Positions 36,472 to 45,526 of a DNA stretch of 64,000 bases are shown here, in pieces. The notes under the pieces were generated by a model that was given only the letters and a program-made list of their open reading frames with translations, was not told where the DNA came from and did not search any database. Origin of the DNA: a bacterium (GTDB lineage: Bacteria > Zhuqueibacterota > Zhuqueibacteria > Oceanimicrobiales > Oceanimicrobiaceae); assembly GCA_046757525.1 (NCBI GenBank), contig JBHHYI010000001.1:123539-187538 (forward strand). The letters are read 5' to 3'. Position 1 is the stretch's first letter. The number at the start of each line of letters is the position of its first letter. The position numbers and the translations under genes are program-made.

Positions 36472-37893
36472 ATGGAATATGGCTTCAAGCATGGGAAGCC
36501 CACCCTTTCGCTTTGCATGATCGTCAAGAACGAGGCAAGGTACCTGGAGGCGTGTCTCAAAAGTGTGGCAGATTTGGTGGATGAAATCATCGTGGTCGAC
36601 ACCGGGTCCACCGACGCTACTTTGGACATTGCTCGAAGATTCAAGGCAAGAATCTACCATTACCCGTGGACCCAAGACTTCGCAGCCGCGCGCAATGAAA
36701 GCCTCAAACACGCCACAAGCGACTGGATCCTCTATTTGGATGCCGACGAGCGATTGGAAGCCAGGAGCAAGCGTGAGTTGCTTGGGCTTTTGAGAAACAA
36801 ATCCATTCTGTGTGTCAATGTACTGATCGATAGCCCGCTTAGGGACTCCAGGAAAGGACACATCAGTCGGTCGCACCGCTTGTTCCGCAACTTACCCGGG
36901 ATCAGATTCTCTGGCCGAGTCCATGAACAGATTTCGCCTTCGATCGCCGGGTTAAAAGGGAAAGAATGTTTTTCTACCATCAGGCTGAAGCATCTGGGCT
37001 ACGCAAAGGACGCGCCTGAGATGTCGAAGAAAAGCCGCCGCAATTATGAGCTGCTGCAACTGCAAATCAGGGACGAGCCAGTCAATGCCTACTGGCATTT
37101 CAGTTTGGCACAGAATCAGATTCTGAGCCAAAAATACCGGGAGGCCAGGGAATCGCTCGGCATCGCCTTAAGAATTGGCGGCCTGCCGGAAGACATTTTA
37201 TGCTCCATTTACAACAATCTGTCGGAAGTTCATCTCAAATTGGCAAAACTCGACGAGGCCATAAGCTACGCTGAAAGAGCTCTGTCGATAACGCCGAATC
37301 AATGTACAGCGCACCTGCTGCTATTTCAGATTTACCAAACTCAGGGCAACAAGAAAAAACAACTCGAGTCACTGGAGGCAGCCGTCGGAGTTGTAGAGGG
37401 GCAGAAGACCGGGCAGCAAAAAGTCTCGGTGGAAGCGTATGTGGATCGGGCGGCACTCTACGTCAGTTTGGCAGGGCTTTATTTGCAAGAGAACCGCGTT
37501 GCGGAGGCCCGCGGTTATTTCCAAAGAGCCTTGCGGATCGATCCGGACAATGTCAGCGCATTGAACGGCCTGGCGGATTGTTTATTAGAGGAAAGGAGAT
37601 TCATTGAAGCCAGCAAAATCCTGGAGCATCTCGATTTGGTCAGTCCGGAAGATTTAGCAAGGAAGGAAAAGCTGGCCTGGCTTGCGATCAAGTTGGGCAA
37701 TTACCCGAGAGCCATCGAGATTTACAAACATCTCCTTGAAATAGAACCGCACAATGTTGTCTTGAACAGACAGATGGCCGCCTTATGCCACAAGATTGGC
37801 TTGACCGCCCAGGCCAGGAGGTATCTTGCCAAAGCAAAACGTCATTCCCATAGCTCTGTTGCATCCGAGACGACTGCGCAGGTCCTGCCTTAA
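36472..37893 (+). CDS. GT2-TPR glycosyltransferase
   Basis: LSLCMIVKNEA, VVDTGSTD, DFAAARN, WILYLDADE, GRVHEQ, HLGY, followed by TPRs. Confidence 0.92.
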   Translation: MEYGFKHGKPTLSLCMIVKNEARYLEACLKSVADLVDEIIVVDTGSTDATLDIARRFKARIYHYPWTQDFAAARNESLKHATSDWILYLDADERLEARSKRELLGLLRNKSILCVNVLIDSPLRDSRKGHISRSHRLFRNLPGIRFSGRVHEQISPSIAGLKGKECFSTIRLKHLGYAKDAPEMSKKSRRNYELLQLQIRDEPVNAYWHFSLAQNQILSQKYREARESLGIALRIGGLPEDILCSIYNNLSEVHLKLAKLDEAISYAERALSITPNQCTAHLLLFQIYQTQGNKKKQLESLEAAVGVVEGQKTGQQKVSVEAYVDRAALYVSLAGLYLQENRVAEARGYFQRALRIDPDNVSALNGLADCLLEERRFIEASKILEHLDLVSPEDLARKEKLAWLAIKLGNYPRAIEIYKHLLEIEPHNVVLNRQMAALCHKIGLTAQARRYLAKAKRHSHSSVASETTAQVLP

Positions 37894-37932
37894 AATCGAT
37901 TCCATGCTTCCTACCCTTTCGTCTTCCCAATT

Positions 37933-38045
37933 GTGAGGCATCCTTGCCCCACCGCGGGAAAATGTGCCACACTTCTTGCTTTCTCTTTTAAAATCATATT
38001 GTTACACGCCCGGAATTCCTGGGGAGTGAGACATGAATGTCCCAA
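37933..38045. promoter_or_regulatory. Two palindromic candidate activator boxes GTGAGRCA-N4-TGYCCCAM
   Basis: GTGAGGCA-TCCT-TGCCCCAC (37933-37952) and GTGAGACA-TGAA-TGTCCCAA (38026-38045). Confidence 0.5.
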
Positions 38046-38149
38046 AGCAAAAATTGGCAGGTAATTGACTAAAAAGCCAGGTCAGGTTTAATTAATGTAA
38101 AAACAAGGTATTACATCAACAGATATTTTACCCTGAAACTACCGTTTTT

Positions 38150-38164
38150 TGGTACGATGCTTGT
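38150..38164 (+). promoter_or_regulatory. Probable sigma54 promoter of the cytochrome island
   Basis: TGGTAC-GATGC-TTGT with correct -24/-12 spacing (TTGT variant), preceded by a T-run. Confidence 0.55.
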
Positions 38165-38234
38165 AAGAAGCGGGTTACTTTGTTGACAAGGTCGTTAAAG
38201 GAGGTTTTCTACTAAAAATCTGCAGGAGGATACT

Positions 38235-41165
38235 ATGGCTAAAACACGCTACTTTTTAATTGCGGTGATTGTTGCGTTTTCGCTGTTTTTCTTGCACCAG
38301 GAAACACGTGCGCAGTCCACTTATGTTGGCACGGAGACGTGCAACAATTGCCACGGCAAAGAAGCCAATTTTGCGGGCAATCAATGGGCTACCTGGGTCA
38401 AGACCCGGCATAACATGAAATGGCGGGATCCTGACGAAGGGTTAGGCGTGGTTGCCCATGATTACTTCGTCAACAACCTGGATCTGTCTACGGATCCGGA
38501 CTTCGCTGCTTTCGGGGCGAACGCGCCCAAGCTCAGCTTCGACCCCTCTGATCCGGCGGATTCCACCGACGGTAAGAGCGGCTACCGCGTCACGGTTGGT
38601 GCCACAACCTACGAGGTGAACTGGACGCTGGGTGGTACCGGTGTCTGGAAACAGCGTTACATGACGGAGATTGGCAACAGCATCTACATTCTGCCCATTC
38701 AGTACAATGAAACAACCGACGACTGGGTGCCTTATCATCCCCCCACCTGGTATGACAGCAACAACCAGCCGTTGGCAGAGGTTCCCAAGGCGGACTCTTA
38801 CCAACGCCGCTGTATCGGCTGCCACTCGGTCAATCCTGTGGTGAGCTTCAACGATAGCACTGGAGAGTGGACCGCCACGGTGACCGAGCGCAATATTGGC
38901 TGCGAAGACTGCCACGGTCCCGGAAGTGAACACGCTCAAACCACGGACAAGACCAAGATCATAAATCCCGAAACCGATCTCACCAACAAAGACAGACGCC
39001 TGGAAGTCTGCGGCGCCTGCCACGGCCGCGGTTCCAGCACCGCCACTCTGGGCGGCAAAAACTTTGGCTTCCCTTACAACGATGCCAATGGCCACTATCG
39101 ACCTGGCGAGGTATTGGCCGATTATTACAACCAAACGACGTCGTCTTCTAACTTTTGGCCCAATGAACAGCCTTACGGCCGGAATTCCAAATCGCACCAC
39201 CAACAATATCTCGACTTCTTGACCAGCGCCCATTACAGCAATCCGTTCGAGGAGATCAACTGCTGGACCTGTCACGATCCACATGGGGGCACGGGCCAGG
39301 AGTTTCTAATCCGGGACAAGCTGGTGGAAGACGGCGTGGAGATCGCTACGACCAACGATGACAACACCCTTTGCCTGGCTTGTCACGCGGAATTCGAGCC
39401 CTTCGATCTGATTAGCAAAGAAATGGTAGCAGACCCCACGGGAGCCAATTTGGAAACCATCAAAGCCGTGGTAGAAACTCACACGAAGCATCCTTATGAT
39501 CCTACGGGCACTGGGGCCAGTAGGTGCACCAAGTGCCACGATCCAAAGGTCGCCAAGTCGGCGATCGAATACGACATCCATTCCCACTCCTTTTGGGTGA
39601 TGTCCCCGGAACAAACGCTTACCTATCAGCCTGAAGGCGGGGTGCCAAATTCCTGTGCGGTGAGCTGCCACAGAAAGGCCGAGTTCCCGAATTTTGGCAT
39701 GGACCTGTCTGGCGACGTTCTCAAGACCTGGACAGAATCTACCGATATCGCCCTGGCCGATACTCTGCAACGCTTTTTGGGTGCTGGAGGCTATTGGTGG
39801 GATACGGATCCGTCTGGCAACATGGGTGATCCCCTGTTGGTCAAGCGGGTCGATACCATGCCAACCATCGATGGTGACGATTCCGATGCGGCCTGGGCCG
39901 GCGCACAAGAAACGACCCTGGCCAACGGTGCTACCATCAAGGCTGTGAACAATTCGGACATGGTGGCCTTTTTGGTCAAGTGGAGCGATCCTACCATGAG
40001 CATGACGCGCGGCGGCTCCTGGCAGTGGGTGAGCGGCGCCTGGGTTAAAACCAATGCCACGGAAGAAGGCGGTGCTAATGAAGATCGCTTCAACATCTTG
40101 TGGAACATCAACATAAGTGAATTTGGCCAGAGAGGCTGTGCCACCAAATGTCATGGTCAGGAAGGCAATGCCACAGGGGCTTACCTGGATAAAGTGGGCG
40201 AATATGCCGACATGTGGCACATGAAGGCCTCACGGGCTCTGCCCGCGATCAGCTCTTCACAATCCGACAATTTGACTTTCAGCACTTCTGACGCGACCGA
40301 CCAGCATCAGGTGACCAGCGGAACCATCATTCTCAACGGTTACGCCGACGACAAACTCACGGCAGCCCGACTGGATCCGGCTTACCCATTCGATCCGGAG
40401 GACGGCGGACGTCATGGTGACAGCGGCACGGCCATGTTTCGCCACAACCGCAACTCCGACAAAACCGCTCCCATGTACATTGAAACCGCACCAACCAACT
40501 ACATCGACGGCATGGTGCTCTACCAGTCGGAAATTGACAACGGTGAAGCGGTGGAAGTTGCCAGTTTATCTACCCAGCAGATCGACCAGGCCTGGGCGGC
40601 GTACGCTGCGGTCAACGCAGTGGTGCCTGAGCGGATCATGCAACAGCCGGCTGGCAGCCGCGGCGATGTGCGGGAAGCGGCAAAATGGGAAAACGGCCAG
40701 TGGACCGCAGAATATGAACGCGCCCTGGTGACTAACAACGTCGACGACGTCCAATTCGACGACTTGACCAAGGGCTACCTCTTTGGAACGTCTATCATGG
40801 ACAACTCGGGTGGCGATAAGCACAACATCTCTGCGCGCTTAAATGAATTGCGCTTCGACGAGTTTGTTGGCATCGAAACGCCCGGCGCCGACAATCTGCC
40901 ATCCCAGTATGCGTTGTTGCAAAACTATCCCAATCCATTCAATCCCACGACCAAAATACGCTTTACCCTCAGGAAAAGTGGATTGGTGAAGCTTAGAGTT
41001 TTCAACATGTTAGGTCAGCAGGTCAAAACGCTGGTCTATCAGCAACTTCCGGCCGGTCAGTATGAGGTTCCATTTGATGCGTCGCAATTCTCTTCCGGTT
41101 TGTATTTGTACAGACTTGAAGTGAACGGTTTCACGCAGGTGAAAAAAATGGTGTTGGCCAAGTAA
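38235..41165 (+). CDS. Multiheme cytochrome c + ethylbenzene-dehydrogenase-gamma/DOMON-like domain + T9SS type A C-terminal sorting domain
   Basis: Sec signal; 7 CXXCH + CAVSCH + CATKCH; PTIDG..D.AW, W.DPTMS, DMWHMKASR, WENGQWTAEYER; tail YALLQNYPNPFNPTT..FNMLGQQV..SSGLYLYRL..KKMVLAK. Confidence 0.88.
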   Translation: MAKTRYFLIAVIVAFSLFFLHQETRAQSTYVGTETCNNCHGKEANFAGNQWATWVKTRHNMKWRDPDEGLGVVAHDYFVNNLDLSTDPDFAAFGANAPKLSFDPSDPADSTDGKSGYRVTVGATTYEVNWTLGGTGVWKQRYMTEIGNSIYILPIQYNETTDDWVPYHPPTWYDSNNQPLAEVPKADSYQRRCIGCHSVNPVVSFNDSTGEWTATVTERNIGCEDCHGPGSEHAQTTDKTKIINPETDLTNKDRRLEVCGACHGRGSSTATLGGKNFGFPYNDANGHYRPGEVLADYYNQTTSSSNFWPNEQPYGRNSKSHHQQYLDFLTSAHYSNPFEEINCWTCHDPHGGTGQEFLIRDKLVEDGVEIATTNDDNTLCLACHAEFEPFDLISKEMVADPTGANLETIKAVVETHTKHPYDPTGTGASRCTKCHDPKVAKSAIEYDIHSHSFWVMSPEQTLTYQPEGGVPNSCAVSCHRKAEFPNFGMDLSGDVLKTWTESTDIALADTLQRFLGAGGYWWDTDPSGNMGDPLLVKRVDTMPTIDGDDSDAAWAGAQETTLANGATIKAVNNSDMVAFLVKWSDPTMSMTRGGSWQWVSGAWVKTNATEEGGANEDRFNILWNINISEFGQRGCATKCHGQEGNATGAYLDKVGEYADMWHMKASRALPAISSSQSDNLTFSTSDATDQHQVTSGTIILNGYADDKLTAARLDPAYPFDPEDGGRHGDSGTAMFRHNRNSDKTAPMYIETAPTNYIDGMVLYQSEIDNGEAVEVASLSTQQIDQAWAAYAAVNAVVPERIMQQPAGSRGDVREAAKWENGQWTAEYERALVTNNVDDVQFDDLTKGYLFGTSIMDNSGGDKHNISARLNELRFDEFVGIETPGADNLPSQYALLQNYPNPFNPTTKIRFTLRKSGLVKLRVFNMLGQQVKTLVYQQLPAGQYEVPFDASQFSSGLYLYRLEVNGFTQVKKMVLAK

Positions 41166-41212
41166 ATTCATGCTCTCTCTCCTATAATCACAATCATTCT
41201 CTGTTTGGAGAC

Positions 41213-41244
41213 AAGGGTCGGCCGCTCAGGTCGACCCTTATTTT
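41213..41244 (+). terminator. Intrinsic terminator-like hairpin
   Basis: AAGGGTCGGCC-GCTCA-GGTCGACCCTT followed by ATTTT. Confidence 0.7.
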
Positions 41245-41430
41245 AATTCCTTAAACCGAAATAAAGACCATGGCGGCGGAACTGCGGGAGAAGCATGAAA
41301 AAGGAAGCCAATGAACCCGGAAGTAGCTCTTTGAAAACGCAGGGATTTCTCACGCAATCAGGGGCAAGGAGGCCCCAAAAATCTACTAATGTGAAGTTAA
41401 AAACGAAACAGATTCTCTGGAGTAGCATCT

Positions 41431-41790
41431 GTGGAAGCAAGGGTCTTACTCGTTTGTAATGATGAAAATTGCCGAAAAGGGTTGATGCATTTGTTCAAGG
41501 GGAGCGGGTTGTCCATTCACGGTGTCTTAGGGGATGCCGATCTGCTTCTCGAAATCTTGGACCGCGAATATGATTTGGTGATCTACGACTTGGAATCATC
41601 CAACAAGGATGGGCTCAAATTAATCAAAATAATGCGAAGAATTAGGCCCAAGGTTCCGCTGCTGGTCATTTCCAGCGATCCTTCAAAGAAGCTGGGCGGT
41701 AAGGTTTTGCAAGAGGGTGTGACTTATTATTCCGTAAAGCCGATTGAACCTGCTGGTTTTAAGGAGGCCGTGTTGACTATCCTCAAGTGA
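41431..41790 (+). CDS. Stand-alone response regulator receiver domain
   Basis: YDLVIYD, DGLKL, LLVISS, KP motif; acidic pocket degenerate (VCND). Confidence 0.85.
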   Translation: MEARVLLVCNDENCRKGLMHLFKGSGLSIHGVLGDADLLLEILDREYDLVIYDLESSNKDGLKLIKIMRRIRPKVPLLVISSDPSKKLGGKVLQEGVTYYSVKPIEPAGFKEAVLTILK

Positions 41791-41837
41791 CCAACCTGAC
41801 AAGGACTCGTTGCCTGTGGATTACAATTTGGACTAAA

Positions 41838-42338
41838 ATGAACAATTCAATTTCGAATATTCTTTGTTCCCTAATTGCAGTATTAATCGCAGGCTTGCTA
41901 AGCAGTTCTGAGAAGGAGCCGGTGCAGCCGATCGCCTACAACCACAACAAGCACGTCGAGGAGGCTGGTATGGAGTGCCTGGACTGCCACAAATATGCTG
42001 AAGAGAACGCGCGTGCGTCGATTCCAAACATCGAAGTGTGCCAGGATTGTCACGATGAGGCGTTATCTGACAGCGAAGCGGAAAAAACTTTAGTCGCCTA
42101 CATCAAGAATAAGAAAAGGATACCCTGGCAACAAAACTACTTCGTCCCCGATTATGCTTACTTTTCTCACCGACGACATGTGAAGCTGGGGAAACTGGAT
42201 TGCGCCGTTTGCCATGGCGATGTTGCAAAACTTACCAGGCCGATAAGCCAACCATTTGTCAAAATGAAAATGGACTGGTGCAGGGACTGTCACGAACAAA
42301 GAAAGGTATCCAATGATTGTTACGCTTGCCACAGATAG
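41838..42338 (+). CDS. Pentaheme cytochrome c, ActA/QrcA-like
   Basis: PVQPIAYNHNKH, 5 CXXCH, PDYAYFSHRRHV, MDWCRDCH, N-terminal membrane anchor. Confidence 0.92.
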   Translation: MNNSISNILCSLIAVLIAGLLSSSEKEPVQPIAYNHNKHVEEAGMECLDCHKYAEENARASIPNIEVCQDCHDEALSDSEAEKTLVAYIKNKKRIPWQQNYFVPDYAYFSHRRHVKLGKLDCAVCHGDVAKLTRPISQPFVKMKMDWCRDCHEQRKVSNDCYACHR

Positions 42339-42357
42339 GACTTACTAAAGATTGGTT

Positions 42358-44841
42358 ATGCTGATTTCTCGCAGAGCGTTTTTGAAGTATTTGGGCATTG
42401 CGTCTGCCGGAATCCCGCTCAGCGGTTTGGGGTGTGATTCAAGGTGGTCTGTGCCTGACGAACTTCTCGGAAAAGTGGCTGGAGCTCCTCGTCTTGAAAG
42501 CTGGAAAACGAGCGTTTGCAGCCTGTGTCCCGCAGGCTGTGGCATCAAAGTGCGGTTAATCGACAGCATTCCCGTGCGGATTCATGGCAATCCTATTCAT
42601 CCGGTTAATCGAGGTGGCATCTGTCCCGTCGCTGAAGCAGGAGTCGAGGCCTTGTTTAATCCGGATAGAATCAAACAACCTTTAAAGCGAGTTGGCGAGC
42701 GTGGAGAAGATAAATGGCAAAGCATCTCCTGGAAAGAGGCGATACAAACAGTCGTCTCCCGTCTGCAAGCCTTAAGAGAGAAGAAAGAAGCGCAGAAATT
42801 GACTTTTTGGTCCGGGCATGAAAACAATCTGCTCGCTGGCTTGATCGAAAGATTTGTGCAAAACTTTGGTTCGCCCAATCTGTTTGTTTTTGGAGAAACC
42901 AATCTCTCATCTTGGGCGACTTACTTAACCCAGGGGCATAGGAATCCATTGGGATACGATTTTGAGAATATTAAGCTCCTGATCAACTTTGGGGCGGATT
43001 TGTTGGACGTTGGCCCAACTCCTGTTCGGTTTAATCAACTTTACTCAGAATTAAGAAATCGCGGCAATGGATCCAGAGCGAAGATCATTCATATCGACTC
43101 TCGTCTTTCCCGTACCGCCGGCAATTCTGACGAATGGATACCGATTCAACCGGGGACAATGGCAGGTTTGGCGCTGGGAATGGCCAACGTCTTGATTAAA
43201 GATGGCCAGTACGACAAGGATTTTGTGAAAGCATACAGTTTTGGGTTTGAGGACTGGAAGGATAGCGAGGGTGCTTCCCATCAGGGGTTCAAATCTTTGG
43301 TTGAACAGGAATACTATCCAGAAAAAGTGGCCGATATCACCGGCGTTTCGGCCTCAAAAATAGTCACGTTAGCACGAGAGTTCGGTGCTGAGGAGTCGGC
43401 TTTAGTTGTGGCGGGCGGACAGGCCGCAAATAGCACCAATGCTCTTTACACGCTTTGGGCGATTGAATGTTTGAATGCCCTGAAGGGCAATTTCAAGGAA
43501 GAGGGGCCGGTATCCTTTGTAAAGTTACCTCCCTTTGCTGCACTTCCGGACGAGGAAAAAGATGAAATCGCTTCAAAAGGGTTGAGCCATCCAAAGCTGA
43601 CCCAATCGATTGAAGATTTCTGTTTTCCGGAAGATGCCGTTTCCCGTCTGCCCAGTATGATCCTGGCTAAGCAGCCAATTCCTATCGAGGTGCTCTTTCT
43701 CGCAAATGTGAATCCAGTGTTTGATTCGATCAATCAGGACGATTTCATTGCCGTTCTAAAAGAAATTCCTTTCATTGTGAGTTTTTCTCCATTTGTCGAT
43801 GAAACGACCGCCTATGCTGATCTGATTTTGCCCGACCATAGCTTCTTAGAAAAGTATGAAGTTTATTACAACACTCCAACAGTGGAATTTTCACATTTTG
43901 GCATGCAGCAGCCCATCATTGAGCCGCTGTTCAACACCCACAACGTCGGAGATGTGATTTTGGAAATTGCTCACAATCTTGGCGGCGTGCAGGCTTCTTC
44001 CTTTCCCTGGGCGAATTATCACGAATATATCCAATCTCGGTTAGAAGGTATTTACAAGACTGGGGCTGGAACCATATTTACGGAGCGCATGGATGAAGCC
44101 TGGTTGAAATTCTTGAAAGAGCGGGGCTGGCAGATATTCGAATACACGAGTTTCAGTGAGTTCTGGGACGTTCTGTTAGATAAAGGGGGGTGGTTGGATC
44201 CATTTCCAACGAACACCCACTTTAGTAGAAGTTTCAAAACCCCATCCGGAAAATATGAATTTTATTCACAAGTATTGGAACATGAAATCAAGGCACAAAT
44301 ACAGGCTAATAAGGCACAGAATGACGCCTTGAATCACAGGTTGGAAAACTGGGGAGTAGATGCCCGGGGCGATGTCGTGTTTCTTCCGCATTTTGAAACG
44401 CCAAAGTTGGAGGATGGCGGTGATAAATTCTCCTTGCATCTGCTTACCTACAATTTGATTACGAACTCAAATGGCATGGCAAGCAATCTGCCACTAATGC
44501 AGGAGTTGTTTGGGCTGCTCACTCGAGAATACTGGCAGTCGTGGCTGGAGGTCAATCCCGAAACCGCCCATAAGTATGGCATAAGCGATGGGGATACGGT
44601 TAAGGTGACGTCCTCCCGAGGGAGTTTACACGTCAAGGTAAAGATACTGCCGGGGATCATGCCCGACGTTGTGCACCTTCCTTTTGGACTTGGACATAAA
44701 GCCTATGGGCGATATGCCAGGGGAATTGGCGTCAATCCGTTTGAGATTCTCGTGGAGGAATATGATGGCTTGAGCGGCAGCCCTTCTTTGATTTCGACCA
44801 AGGTCACGATAGCTAAAGTGAAGGGAAAGGGGAGAGCGTAA
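42358..44841 (+). CDS. Molybdopterin-oxidoreductase-fold subunit, QrcB/ActB1-like, Tat-exported
   Basis: SRRAFLK Tat motif, LSGLGC possible lipobox, CSLCPAGC..GGIC Fe-S motif, ETTAYADLILP, EVNPETA..GISDGD. Confidence 0.88.
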   Translation: MLISRRAFLKYLGIASAGIPLSGLGCDSRWSVPDELLGKVAGAPRLESWKTSVCSLCPAGCGIKVRLIDSIPVRIHGNPIHPVNRGGICPVAEAGVEALFNPDRIKQPLKRVGERGEDKWQSISWKEAIQTVVSRLQALREKKEAQKLTFWSGHENNLLAGLIERFVQNFGSPNLFVFGETNLSSWATYLTQGHRNPLGYDFENIKLLINFGADLLDVGPTPVRFNQLYSELRNRGNGSRAKIIHIDSRLSRTAGNSDEWIPIQPGTMAGLALGMANVLIKDGQYDKDFVKAYSFGFEDWKDSEGASHQGFKSLVEQEYYPEKVADITGVSASKIVTLAREFGAEESALVVAGGQAANSTNALYTLWAIECLNALKGNFKEEGPVSFVKLPPFAALPDEEKDEIASKGLSHPKLTQSIEDFCFPEDAVSRLPSMILAKQPIPIEVLFLANVNPVFDSINQDDFIAVLKEIPFIVSFSPFVDETTAYADLILPDHSFLEKYEVYYNTPTVEFSHFGMQQPIIEPLFNTHNVGDVILEIAHNLGGVQASSFPWANYHEYIQSRLEGIYKTGAGTIFTERMDEAWLKFLKERGWQIFEYTSFSEFWDVLLDKGGWLDPFPTNTHFSRSFKTPSGKYEFYSQVLEHEIKAQIQANKAQNDALNHRLENWGVDARGDVVFLPHFETPKLEDGGDKFSLHLLTYNLITNSNGMASNLPLMQELFGLLTREYWQSWLEVNPETAHKYGISDGDTVKVTSSRGSLHVKVKILPGIMPDVVHLPFGLGHKAYGRYARGIGVNPFEILVEEYDGLSGSPSLISTKVTIAKVKGKGRA

Positions 44842-44842
44842 T

Positions 44843-45526
44843 ATGCCGAGATGGGGCATGGTCATCGATTTGAATAAGTGCACAGGTTGTGGTGAATGTG
44901 TTGCTGCATGCAAAGTAGAAAACAATGTGGCCATCGTAGGACCAGGGGAGTCCGCAAAAGAGCGAACCATGCTCTGGATGGACATCCTTACCCTGTATGA
45001 AGGGGAATTTCCACACGTAAAAGTGCGTCATATCCCGCGACCCTGTTTTCATTGCGATAATCCGCCTTGCACCAAAGTGTGCCCTGTGCGAGCAACTTAT
45101 CTCAACGAAGAGGGCATTGTGACTCAGATATTTCCCCAGTGTATTGGATGTCGATATTGTATGGCAGCCTGTCCTTATACTGTCAAGTCATTTAACTGGT
45201 ACAAACCGGAATGGCCCGCAGAAATGGCTGCGGCCTGTAATCCTGATGTTTCTGTTCGCCCTGTGGGAGTCGTGGAAAAGTGTACCTTTTGCATCCATCG
45301 GCTCCAGAAGGCCAAAGAACAGGCGGCGGCTGAGGAGCGAGAACTGGAGGAGAGAGATTACGTTCCGGCTTGCGTCGAAAGCTGCCCAACTAAAGCCATG
45401 TACTTTGGGGATTTAGATAGTCATAAAAGTGAGGTAACCAGGTTGATAAGAAGCCCTCGCGCTTTTCGGATGTTGGAAGATTTGGGCACAGAGCCTAAGG
45501 TCTATTATTTGTCTGAGGTGGAATAA
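44843..45526 (+). CDS. 4Fe-4S ferredoxin subunit, QrcC/ActB2/NrfC-like
   Basis: CTGCGECVAAC, CFHCDNPPCTKVCP, CIGCRYCMAACP, CTFC..PACVESCP (16 Cys). Confidence 0.95.
   Translation: MPRWGMVIDLNKCTGCGECVAACKVENNVAIVGPGESAKERTMLWMDILTLYEGEFPHVKVRHIPRPCFHCDNPPCTKVCPVRATYLNEEGIVTQIFPQCIGCRYCMAACPYTVKSFNWYKPEWPAEMAAACNPDVSVRPVGVVEKCTFCIHRLQKAKEQAAAEERELEERDYVPACVESCPTKAMYFGDLDSHKSEVTRLIRSPRAFRMLEDLGTEPKVYYLSEVE

Noticed and set aside
38442..40220. 280-aa and 304-aa minus-strand ORFs
   Set aside because: Antisense to the 976-aa cytochrome; no independent evidence
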